A stretch of DNA of 64,000 bases from an uncultured Lachnospiraceae bacterium (lineage in GTDB: Bacteria; Bacillota; Clostridia; Lachnospirales; Lachnospiraceae): contig CAOKOL010000013.1 of assembly GCA_948470335.1 (NCBI GenBank), positions 1,989-65,988 on the forward strand, in the 5' to 3' direction. Both the position numbers and the translations under genes were made by a program. Positions 1-8,709 of the stretch are shown here, piece after piece. Numbering within the stretch: position 1 is the stretch's first letter; each line of letters begins with the position of its first letter. Under the pieces are notes generated by a model. That model searched no databases. It was not told where the DNA came from and saw only the letters and a program-made list of their open reading frames with translations.

Positions 1-1374
1 GTGTCCAATGAGCGGGTTTCCGGCAGAGGCGGCACAGGCGCCGTGATGGGATGGATGAATCTGAAAGCGGTCTGTGTCGGCGGAAATAAGGAGATTCCGG
101 TTTATGACAAAGAAAAGATGGTGAAACATACCCAAAAGTGGTTCCGGTATCTGCGCCGTCATCCTCTGACCGGGGAACAACTGCCAAAGCTGGGGACGGC
201 GGGACTGGTCAGCTCCATGCAGATGAAACATATTTTATCCACGAAAAATTACAGCAGCGGACAGTATGATGAGTTTGAGAAGGTGAGCGGCGAGCGGCTG
301 GCCGAGGAGTACAACATTGTGAATAAAGGCTGTCTCACCTGTCCCATCCGCTGTGCCCGCACCGTGGAAGTGGCGGGAAAGCAGGTAAAAGGGCCGGAGC
401 TGGAAACACTGGTGCTGCTTGGCGGCGGCATTTTAAATAACGATCTGGAGGCGGTGCTGCGATGGAATTATGAGCTGGACGAGTTGGGTATGGATACGAT
501 TTCCGCTGCCAACACTTTATCCTATGCGATGGAGGCCAATGAAAAAGGATTGTGGGACAACGGCCTGCGGTTTTCGGAGACGGAAGGGATTTCCCGGCTT
601 TTTGAGGATATTGCGTACCGCAGAGGAATCGGTGATGAGCTGGCCCAGGGCAGCAGGCGGCTGTCGGAAAAATACGGCGGAAAAGAGTTTGCCATCCACG
701 CGAAAGGAATGGAGCTGGCTGCCTATGAACCCCGGAAAGCGGCGGGGCTTGGACTGGGCTATGCGGTCAGCAACCGGGGCGGCTGCCATTTAAACGGCGG
801 ATATCTGGTTATTTTGGAAGGGCTGGGCCTTTCGGTGAATCAGACCACTTATCACGGAAAGGCAGATCTGACCATGATGTTTCAAAACTTAATGGAAATG
901 ATTTCGGCCACGGGACAATGCCTGTTTACCAGCTATGCCTTTTTTCCGTCGTCTCTGATGCGACATCCAAACGCCTGGTATACCAGGCTGGTAAATGCGG
1001 CATTGCCTTACTGCGGCTTTGCGGTCCGGCTGATGAACAAATATCCGGAGCTTTTGAAGCTGCATCTGCCGGTGTTCCATCATACGAAGGGCTTCGAGTA
1101 TGCTACGGGGATGAAAATGAGCTTTGGTCATTACATGCGCTGCGGCGAGCGGGGATACAACCTGGAACGGGAGATTAACCGCCGGTTCGGTGTCAGCGCT
1201 GACAAAGATATTCTGCCCGCAAGGCTGGTGAAAACTTTGCAGGATTCGGAAGACCCCCGGTCGAAAGTGCCGTTGGAGAAGTTAAAAAAGGTATATTATC
1301 ACGCCAGAGGCTGGGACAGAAACGGGCTGCCTACGGAGAAGCTGCTGAAAAAGCTTCAACTGGAACAGATTTAG
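1..1374 (+). CDS. aor: aldehyde:ferredoxin oxidoreductase (tungstopterin AOR family), 5' end cut by window edge
   Basis: ORF open to position 1. Family-typical C-x2-C-x3-C cluster ligands (GCLTCPIRCAR) and the EPRKAAGLGLGYAVSNRGGCH block of AOR domains 2/3. Confidence 0.85.
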   Translation: MSNERVSGRGGTGAVMGWMNLKAVCVGGNKEIPVYDKEKMVKHTQKWFRYLRRHPLTGEQLPKLGTAGLVSSMQMKHILSTKNYSSGQYDEFEKVSGERLAEEYNIVNKGCLTCPIRCARTVEVAGKQVKGPELETLVLLGGGILNNDLEAVLRWNYELDELGMDTISAANTLSYAMEANEKGLWDNGLRFSETEGISRLFEDIAYRRGIGDELAQGSRRLSEKYGGKEFAIHAKGMELAAYEPRKAAGLGLGYAVSNRGGCHLNGGYLVILEGLGLSVNQTTYHGKADLTMMFQNLMEMISATGQCLFTSYAFFPSSLMRHPNAWYTRLVNAALPYCGFAVRLMNKYPELLKLHLPVFHHTKGFEYATGMKMSFGHYMRCGERGYNLEREINRRFGVSADKDILPARLVKTLQDSEDPRSKVPLEKLKKVYYHARGWDRNGLPTEKLLKKLQLEQI

Positions 1375-1421
1375 ATGAGGAAGAAAATTTCTGGTAAAAA
1401 GCGATCCGGAAAGGTGAAAAA

Positions 1422-1652
1422 ATGGCGAAAGTAAAAGTGCGTCTCTATGGCGTGGTTCGGCTGAAAACTGGTATGTCAGCCTTTGAGGCGGAAGCGGAAA
1501 CACTGGACGGGCTTAAAAAACAGATTCCCGGTGTCACGCCGAAAGAGGCGAAGGATTTGATTGTCCTGGTGAACGGAGAAAAGGCGGGGCGGCGGTGTCA
1601 ATTAAAACCGGGCGACGAGGTTGTTCTGATGTCGCCGGCAGGAGGTGGTTGA
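1422..1652 (+). CDS. MoaD/ThiS-family small sulfur-carrier-like protein (76 aa, C-terminal Gly-Gly)
   Basis: 76 aa ending ...SPAGGG*. Ubiquitin-like size. Stop overlaps the next start (ATGA at 1650-1654). Sits directly after aor. Confidence 0.7.
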   Translation: MAKVKVRLYGVVRLKTGMSAFEAEAETLDGLKKQIPGVTPKEAKDLIVLVNGEKAGRRCQLKPGDEVVLMSPAGGG

Positions 1653-3253
1653 TGATGAAACAAAAAGAGATTCCTTATATTAATCCGGCGGACTGCGCCG
1701 GATGTTCGGTCTGTGTGGAGAATTGTCCCATGGGCTGTCTGCGCATAGAAGACCCGGCATATCACGGGGATATTCATACGAAAGCGGTTCTGGATGAGAG
1801 CGGATGTATTGGCTGCGGCTTCTGCGCGAAAGTCTGTCCCATCCGCGCCATAACAATGGACAGAGGAAAAGGCAGTGTCAAGCGGTTTATAAATACAGCA
1901 GCGGATCGGACAAGCTCCGGGAGGATTTCCAGACACTTTAGTGGATGGAAATTCTCCCGGTTTAAGGGGGCTTGGGAGGGGAGCTGCGGAACTAAATTAG
2001 AGGGGAGTATACATATGGATGAACAGTGGAGTTTGAAAAAAGTATATTGCAGAGGGTTTCAGTCTGTGATGAAAGTCGGTATGTATGTGCTGCCCTGGCG
2101 TGTGCCGAAGCTGCTTAAGGGGCCGGGGGCCGTGAAAAGGCTGCCGGAGGCGATCAGGAAGAAAGGGTTTCAAAAGCCGCTGATCGTCACGGACAGCCAG
2201 TTGTTAAAGCAGCTTCACCTTTTGGATGATTTGCTGAAAGCCATGGAACAGGCAGGGCTTTCTTACGCGGCTTATGATCGGGTCGCTCCCAATCCCACGG
2301 ACCTGAATGTGGAAGAAGGCGTGGCAATCTATAAAGAAAATGGCTGTGACTGCATGATCGCTTTTGGCGGCGGCTCCCCCATGGATTGCGCCAAGGGCAT
2401 CGGCGCCCGTATTACAAGACCGGGAAAATCTGTGCGTCAGCTCCAGGGGCTGTTCCGGGTTCTGCTGCCGATTCCCGTGATTTTTGCGGTGCCTACGACG
2501 GCGGGCACCGGCTCCGAGACTACGATCGCAGCGGTGATCACAGAGTCCGCGACCCATCACAAAGCTTCCATGAACGATCTGTGCCTGATGCCCAAATACG
2601 CGGTTCTGGACCCGGAGCTGACCGTGGACCTGCCGCCCCATGTGACGGCCACCACAGGGATGGACGCCCTCTGCCATGCGGTGGAAGCCTACACCAATCA
2701 TACTTATAATTCTGCTCTTGAGAAGAAAATGTGCAGAAAGGCCGTAAAACTGATCTATGACAATCTGCCTGTTATCTACAGAGACGGAAGCAATCTGAAA
2801 GCCAGAGAACATATGCAGAAAGCCGCATTTTACGCTGGACGTGCTTTTACGCGGGGCAGCGTGGGCTATGTCCATGCCATCGGCCATACGCTGGGGGGTT
2901 TGTACGGCACGCCTCACGGGCTGGCGATGTCCATCCTTCTGCCTCATGTGATGCGTGCCTATGGAGAAGCGGCGCAGGAAAGGCTGGCGGAGCTCTGTGA
3001 TGTCTGCGGCATCAAAACCGTCGATGATTCGGTGCGGGCAAAAGCAGAAAGCTTTATCCGCTGGATTGAGGATCTGAAAGAAGAAATGCAGATTCCGGTT
3101 TACCCGGAAATGATTCTGGAAAAGGACGTGGATCAGATCGTGGAGTGGGCGGAAAAAGAAGGCAATCCGCTGTATCCCACGCCCCAGATTTGGAGAAAAA
3201 AAGAGTTCAGGGAATTTATTCTGTCAGTGACGCCCCGGTTTGGGGAAAGCTGA
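1652..3253 (+). CDS. 2x[4Fe-4S] ferredoxin domain read through into an iron-containing alcohol dehydrogenase (single ORF as sequenced)
   Basis: Two CxxCxxCxxxCP motifs (CAGCSVCVENCP, CIGCGFCAKVCP) at the N-terminus. Fe-ADH motifs GGGSPMDCAKG and HAIGHTLGGLYGTPHG follow. No stop codon lies between the domains. An internal ATG at 2015 is preceded by GAGGGGAG and starts a typical Fe-ADH N-terminus (KKVYCRGFQSVMK). Confidence 0.7.
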   Translation: MMKQKEIPYINPADCAGCSVCVENCPMGCLRIEDPAYHGDIHTKAVLDESGCIGCGFCAKVCPIRAITMDRGKGSVKRFINTAADRTSSGRISRHFSGWKFSRFKGAWEGSCGTKLEGSIHMDEQWSLKKVYCRGFQSVMKVGMYVLPWRVPKLLKGPGAVKRLPEAIRKKGFQKPLIVTDSQLLKQLHLLDDLLKAMEQAGLSYAAYDRVAPNPTDLNVEEGVAIYKENGCDCMIAFGGGSPMDCAKGIGARITRPGKSVRQLQGLFRVLLPIPVIFAVPTTAGTGSETTIAAVITESATHHKASMNDLCLMPKYAVLDPELTVDLPPHVTATTGMDALCHAVEAYTNHTYNSALEKKMCRKAVKLIYDNLPVIYRDGSNLKAREHMQKAAFYAGRAFTRGSVGYVHAIGHTLGGLYGTPHGLAMSILLPHVMRAYGEAAQERLAELCDVCGIKTVDDSVRAKAESFIRWIEDLKEEMQIPVYPEMILEKDVDQIVEWAEKEGNPLYPTPQIWRKKEFREFILSVTPRFGES

Positions 3254-3361
3254 ATGTTTCTTCGGGTATTGCTGACAGCCTGTGGTGTTTCAGCGGTTTT
3301 TATTTAGAGACAGGCGCAAAAGAAGCGTGAGGACTGCAAAAAGGGCAGTGAGGGTAACAAA

Positions 3362-4696
3362 TTGGCAAGAGTACGTGATAACAAAGTTGACTTTACAACG
3401 GGAACGATTCCCGGAAATCTGATCCGCTTTTCCATACCGCTGATGGCGGGAAATCTGCTGCAGCAGCTTTATAACATTGCGGATACATTGATCGTGGGAC
3501 GGTTTATCGGAAAAGAGGCGCTGGCGGCGGTGGGTTCTGCCTATACGATTATGATATTCCTGACCTCCATTGTGCTGGGACTCTGCATGGGGAGCAGCGC
3601 CTTTCTCTCCATCCAGTACGGAAAAGGGGACAGAGAGACCTTCGGGAAGGCCAATGGCATGGCTTTCGCGGGGATCGGTCTGTTCTGCCTGCTGATGAAC
3701 CTTCTGGTCTATGCCGGATTAAAGGGGATTCTCTGGTTTATGCAGATTCCGGCGGAGGTTTCGCCGCTTCTGGCTTCATATCTCCGGGTGATTTTTTCAG
3801 GAATTATCGCCACGTTTTTGTATAATTATTTTGCCAACAGTATGCGTGCCATCGGAAATTCCGTAATTCCGCTGCTGTTTCTGGGGGTGTCGGCGCTGCT
3901 GAACGTAGGGCTGGACATTGTGTTCGTGGCAGGATTTCACTGGGGCGTGGAAGGGGCGGCGGCGGCCACCGTTCTGTCTCAGTATGTGTCGGGGTTTGGC
4001 ATTCTGATTTACGCATGGAAGAAGGAAAAAATCCTCAGGATCAGAAAACAGGATATGAAGTTTGAGGGACAGATTTTCCGTCAGGTTGCGAATCTTGCCG
4101 TTCTTACTTCGTTGCAGCAGTCGATTATGAATTTCGGCATTCTACTGGTACAGGGAAGGGTGAATCATTTTGGCACTTCGGTGATGGCGGCTTTCGCGGC
4201 GGCGGTAAAGGTGGATACCTTTGCCTATTCTCCGGTACAGGATTTCGGCAATGCTTTTTCCACTTTTGTGGCGCAGAATCATGGCTCCGGGAATGAAAAA
4301 CGAATCAGAGAGGGCGGGAAGACGGCATTTTTTATGGTGCTGGTTTTTGGCATGGCGGTCAGTCTGGCCGTGGCCGGGTTTGCGGCGCCTCTAATGGGAA
4401 TTTTTACGAAGGAGCAGGAAATTATCGAAATCGGCGTGGGCTACCTGCGGATCGAGGGCAGCTTTTATGTGCTGATTGGCTTTCTGTTTTTACTGTACGG
4501 ATATTTCAGAGCCATTGAAAAACCGCTGGTGTCGATTGTTTTAACAATTGCTTCTCTGGGAACCAGGGTAGTTCTGTCTTACAGTCTGTCCGCAGTTTCT
4601 CAGATTGGTTATCTGGGGATATGGGCAAGCATTCCGATTGGATGGCTGCTGGCGGATCTGGCGGGATACGCGCTGATGAAAGAAGAAAAGCGCTAA
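3362..4696 (+). CDS. MATE family efflux transporter
   Basis: 444 aa polytopic protein with the MATE-typical N-terminus (PLMAGNLLQQLYNIADTLIVGRFIG). TTG start. Confidence 0.85.
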   Translation: MARVRDNKVDFTTGTIPGNLIRFSIPLMAGNLLQQLYNIADTLIVGRFIGKEALAAVGSAYTIMIFLTSIVLGLCMGSSAFLSIQYGKGDRETFGKANGMAFAGIGLFCLLMNLLVYAGLKGILWFMQIPAEVSPLLASYLRVIFSGIIATFLYNYFANSMRAIGNSVIPLLFLGVSALLNVGLDIVFVAGFHWGVEGAAAATVLSQYVSGFGILIYAWKKEKILRIRKQDMKFEGQIFRQVANLAVLTSLQQSIMNFGILLVQGRVNHFGTSVMAAFAAAVKVDTFAYSPVQDFGNAFSTFVAQNHGSGNEKRIREGGKTAFFMVLVFGMAVSLAVAGFAAPLMGIFTKEQEIIEIGVGYLRIEGSFYVLIGFLFLLYGYFRAIEKPLVSIVLTIASLGTRVVLSYSLSAVSQIGYLGIWASIPIGWLLADLAGYALMKEEKR

Positions 4697-4784
4697 AAAT
4701 GTGATGAGGCGAAGCGTTTATGACGAAGGCGGAAGTTTCAAAAATTCTCCCTATGAAAATTCGCGGAGCTTTCCTGATGCTATA

Positions 4785-4843
4785 AAAGAAAGGGCAGACG
4801 GTTATGCCTTGTGAGAAAGGCTGATCTCACTGCCCTTTTCTTT
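4785..4843. terminator. bidirectional hairpin between convergent genes
   Basis: 13-bp arms AAAGAAAGGGCAG / CTGCCCTTTTCTTT with T/A-rich flanks, between the MATE gene (+) and the small coiled-coil gene (-). Confidence 0.55.
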
Positions 4844-4904
4844 TTATAAACTTCCGTGTCAGGCCCTTTTATAAATGCTTTGCCTGACCGGGATCATTCG
4901 TATT

Positions 4905-5153
4905 TTAATTGTTTAACAGTTCGATAATTTCTTCGGGTGTTTTGCCGGAAGCCTCGATGGCTTTCATCAGTTTGGTTTTTGCCTCTTCCTTTACTTTTTT
5001 TGCGGCAATTTTCTCTTCTTTTAACTGTTCTTTATATGCGGCTTTTAATTCTTCCTTCGCAGCTTTTAATTCGGCTTCCAGTTTCTGTACTTTCTCGGCA
5101 ACCTTTGCCGCCTTTCCGGTATACTCAATTTGTCTTCTGACTCCACGGGCCAT
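4905..5153 (-). CDS. small K/E/A-rich coiled-coil protein, function unknown
   Basis: 82 aa. AGGAGG lies 9 nt upstream of the ATG on the minus strand. The plus-strand overlapping ORFs are low-complexity shadows. Confidence 0.5.
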   Translation of the reverse strand: MARGVRRQIEYTGKAAKVAEKVQKLEAELKAAKEELKAAYKEQLKEEKIAAKKVKEEAKTKLMKAIEASGKTPEEIIELLNN

Positions 5154-5265
5154 GTTTTAAAACCTCCTGTTTTATTTTAAATTGTTTTCATTTATTTAAA
5201 GAATAACACTAAATAAAATAAATGTAAATATTGAAATTATATTTTTTGAAAAAATTTTTTCTTAA

Positions 5266-6291
5266 TCACACCTGAACTTTACCCGCTAGCACATTCTGAT
5301 AATCCTCATAGTTTTTCTTTAACAGTTCCGGAATATTTAATTCATAAGGACATTTCTCCGTACATGCTTTGCAGGTGCGGCAGTTTTCAATTTTTTTCAT
5401 TTCCGCCTGCATGGGTTCCGACAGCCAGTTGGCGGAGGGCGCGCGGCGCAGCATCAGAGACATTCTGGCAGCGGTGTTGATTTGGATATCTTCCGGACAG
5501 GGCATACAGTAACCGCAGCCCCGGCAAAAATCTTTGGCCAGTTCTTCCCGTTCCTGTTCGATAAAGGTTTTGATTTCGTCATCCATTTCCGGTGTCTGTT
5601 CCATAAAAGAAAGCCATTCTTCCAGTTCGGATTCTTTCTGGATGCCCCAGATGGGGAGTACGTTGTCAAACTGGGTCATAAAGGCCATGGCCGCTTTTGC
5701 GTGACGGATCAAGCCGCCGGCCAGACCTTTCATGGCGATAAAACCGGTGCCGGTTTCTTCGCATTTTTTCACAAGGGCAATTTCTTTTTCTCCTGACAGA
5801 TAGCTGAACGGAAACTGCATGGTTTCGTAAAGTTCGGATTCCACGCAGTCCATGGCAATCTGGATCTTGTGGGCGGTGGTGCCGATGTGGAGAATTTTCC
5901 CCTGCTTTTTTGCCTCCAGCATACATTCATACATGCCGGTTCCGTCGCCGGGGCGGTAGCACTGATCTACACAGTGAAACTGTAAAAGATCCAGGTGATC
6001 GGTGTTCAGATTGTGCAGCGTAGTCTCAAGATGTTTCCAAAAATCCTCCGGATTTTTTGCCATGGTCTTGGACGCGATAAACACCTTGTCCCACATGCCG
6101 GAAAATGCCGCTCCCAGTTTTTCCTCACTGTCGCTGTAAGCTCTGGCTGTGTCAAAGAAACGCATGCCGCCGTCATAGGCTCTGCGCAAAATGCTTACGG
6201 CCGTATCTTTGTTCACTCTCTGAATGGGAAGGGCGCCGAAAGCATTCTGCGGTACGGTGATGCCGGTTTTGCCTAAAGTGATATGTTTCAT
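5266..6291 (-). CDS. aldo/keto reductase with C-terminal 4Fe-4S binding region
   Basis: MKHITLGKTGITVP... AKR N-terminus, with AGGAGG before the ATG at 6291. Cys clusters CRGCGYCMPCP and CRTCKACTEKCP lie near the C-terminus. Confidence 0.85.
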   Translation of the reverse strand: MKHITLGKTGITVPQNAFGALPIQRVNKDTAVSILRRAYDGGMRFFDTARAYSDSEEKLGAAFSGMWDKVFIASKTMAKNPEDFWKHLETTLHNLNTDHLDLLQFHCVDQCYRPGDGTGMYECMLEAKKQGKILHIGTTAHKIQIAMDCVESELYETMQFPFSYLSGEKEIALVKKCEETGTGFIAMKGLAGGLIRHAKAAMAFMTQFDNVLPIWGIQKESELEEWLSFMEQTPEMDDEIKTFIEQEREELAKDFCRGCGYCMPCPEDIQINTAARMSLMLRRAPSANWLSEPMQAEMKKIENCRTCKACTEKCPYELNIPELLKKNYEDYQNVLAGKVQV

Positions 6292-6880
6292 AATAATCCT
6301 CCTCGTTTTGTAATCGTGTATTTCCGGAATGGTATAAAATCGGGTAATGCAAACTTCCGGACGTGCATCTGACGCATATAGCATATCATAAAATAAACAG
6401 GCAGGAAATCTTTTTTCGCGGGAAAGTTTTATAAAAACTTTCTATGTAAAAAGTCTTTTGGGCAGGATCTGATTGCGGCGGAAATGTAAAATGATTGGAA
6501 CCGTTTTCTGCGGGCGGCAGCATTCATCTTGCGTTTCTTCTGATTCATGATAAAATAGAAATGAAAAGAGAACAGGACACACAGAACTATGGATACCATA
6601 TGGAGGATTATAAAAATAAAAAGGGAATTAAAATGTTTGTGGTTTTTTAGACGGAACATGTGAGAATCAGAATCCGTAATCAGTTCAGTCAGATGTCTTC
6701 ATGAAAATTTATGGGACAGATCCATGATAGCTATCTGACTGCGGACAGCGATTTGTATCTGTCGGGCTGTCGGAATATTTGCGATTGTTTTTCGGAGATA
6801 ACAGGTGTGAACATTTTGACAGAAAAATGCCGGCGTGTAAGGAAATTCCTGATTCCGCCTGCGGCGGGTCGCCCTGGCGT

Positions 6881-6918
6881 CATTCAGAAAACGGGGAACC
6901 TTAAACCGGTGGTTCCCC
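6881..6918 (-). terminator. hairpin overlapping the fdhD stop codon
   Basis: GGGGAACC / GGTTCCCC arms (6893-6900, 6911-6918) followed on the minus strand by GTTTTCTG. Confidence 0.4.
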
Positions 6919-7749
6919 CGCGTAAACTTTCATACTGTCCCGTCTGGCGTTGCAGACCAGCGTCAGACCATATGTTTCTGCCAGTTCCACGGCTTCACGG
7001 GTGGGAGAAGCTTTACCGGACAGAATGGGGATTCCTGCCCGGATGGCCTTTTCTGCCATATCCGTGGGAATCCGTCCGCTGGAATAGATAACGCACCGGG
7101 TCAGGTCGATCTCATGGAGCAGGGCATATCCGATGGCTTTGTCTAAAGCGTTATGCCTGCCGATATCTTCGCATTGAAAAAGAAGCTGATCTTTTATGGC
7201 CAGAAAACAACTGTGGGTACACCAGGTTTCTTTGTGGAGAGGCATTCCCTGGGCAAAGCGGTCGGCCAGAGCAAAAATCCAGGAGGCTTCCCAGGGAATG
7301 GGCGTGACCGGCTCAAAAGCCCGGCATGTCCGGAAATCGTCGTTCAGCATATGGTTTCCGGTACAGCAGGTGGGCGTCAGTTCCACAAAATCACCGGGAG
7401 AGCCGGCTTTGAATCCGGTATCCTTTAAATATACCCTGGCATGGGCGCCATGCTCGCAGATATAGATGGCTTTTACGTCGCCGGCAGTCCGGATTATGCC
7501 TTCCGTCAGCAGACGCCCCATCACAAGCTCCGGAAGATGCTCCGGGATGCAGACCAGTTTCATGGTAAGGCGCTCATTGATATAGATGTCCGTCAGATGT
7601 TCCGTCAGCAGGACGCCCGCGGTTTCTTCGGTCTGTCCGTCACGGGTAAGCCGGAGGCAGTCTGTCCGGCGGAGCAGATCCTGCCGGGAGGACTGGTCGT
7701 TGATGTAAATCCGGGCAGGGTCAAAATGGGTGTTTGGTTGTGAACACAT
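6901..7749 (-). CDS. fdhD: formate dehydrogenase accessory sulfurtransferase FdhD
   Basis: 282 aa with the GRHNALDKAIGYAL motif and the C-terminal GRIPTDMAEKA...SGKASPT block. Confidence 0.85.
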   Translation of the reverse strand: MCSQPNTHFDPARIYINDQSSRQDLLRRTDCLRLTRDGQTEETAGVLLTEHLTDIYINERLTMKLVCIPEHLPELVMGRLLTEGIIRTAGDVKAIYICEHGAHARVYLKDTGFKAGSPGDFVELTPTCCTGNHMLNDDFRTCRAFEPVTPIPWEASWIFALADRFAQGMPLHKETWCTHSCFLAIKDQLLFQCEDIGRHNALDKAIGYALLHEIDLTRCVIYSSGRIPTDMAEKAIRAGIPILSGKASPTREAVELAETYGLTLVCNARRDSMKVYAGEPPV

Positions 7750-7927
7750 AATTTTTCCTCATCTTTCTTCTGCTCTTAATTATACCCGGAATATTTAAAA
7801 ATGGCAACAGACAAACTGGTTACCGGCCGGGCTTCCGCTGCCGCCGGAAAGATAAGTCTTGCTTCTGCCGTAAAACAGTGATAACATAGGAAAGTAAATC
7901 AGGGGATAGACAGACTAAAGGATTTGT

Positions 7928-8605
7928 ATGATGGATATACAGCAGAAAACATTACGGGAAAAGATGAAAGACATCCGGGCAGTTTTGTTTGATCTGGACG
8001 GAACGCTGATTGATTCCATGTGGATTTGGGAGCAGATCGACGATGAATTTCTGGGAAAGTACGGGCTTCCGGTTCCGGAGGATCTTCATGATGAGATTGA
8101 AGGGATGAGCTTTTCGGAGACGGCGGTTTATTTTAAAAACCGTTTTCATCTGCCCCTATCTTTGGAAGAAATTAAGGATATATGGAATCATATGGCCATG
8201 GATAAGTATCTGAATGTGGTTCCGTTGAAACCGGGTGTTCCGGAATTCCTGGATTGGCTGAAAGCAAAAGGAATTCCGGCCGGGATCGCCACAAGCAATT
8301 CCAGAGAGCTGGTGGACGGCGTGTTAAAAGCCAGAAAGCTCGAAGCGTATTTTTCCTGCGTGGCCACCGGCTGTGAGGTGAACGCGGGAAAGCCTGCGCC
8401 GGATATTTATCTGCATGTGGCCGGCGTCCTTTCCGTGCCGCCCTCTGCCTGCATGGTATTTGAAGACATTCCCGCAGGGATCCGGGCAGGAAAAAGCGCA
8501 GGGATGACGGTGACGGCGATCGAAGATGATTTCTCGGCGGCTCTTCGGGAGGAAAAGAAGCGGCTGGCAGATTACTATATTACGGATTACAGGGAATTGA
8601 TATAA
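7928..8605 (+). CDS. HAD-superfamily hydrolase (beta-phosphoglucomutase/phosphatase-like)
   Basis: Motif I FDLDGTLIDS. Also a TSNSRE motif and FEDIPAGIRAGKSAGM. Confidence 0.8.
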   Translation: MMDIQQKTLREKMKDIRAVLFDLDGTLIDSMWIWEQIDDEFLGKYGLPVPEDLHDEIEGMSFSETAVYFKNRFHLPLSLEEIKDIWNHMAMDKYLNVVPLKPGVPEFLDWLKAKGIPAGIATSNSRELVDGVLKARKLEAYFSCVATGCEVNAGKPAPDIYLHVAGVLSVPPSACMVFEDIPAGIRAGKSAGMTVTAIEDDFSAALREEKKRLADYYITDYRELI

Positions 8606-8709
8606 GAATGCCGCAAATCTTCCGGGTTTGCATGGTTTTCGGATAATATGGGATCAGGCAAGCGATTTTCCGTTTTTTGGATATAACATTATGGCATGAC
8701 GGAGGGGAT

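Noticed and set aside
6429-7091. ORFs 6429-6659 (-) and 6711-7091 (+) in or near the fdhD/AKR intergenic region
   Set aside because: One sits in AT-rich promoter-like DNA and has an implausible composition. The other overlaps fdhD in antisense. Neither has a recognisable motif or Shine-Dalgarno sequence.
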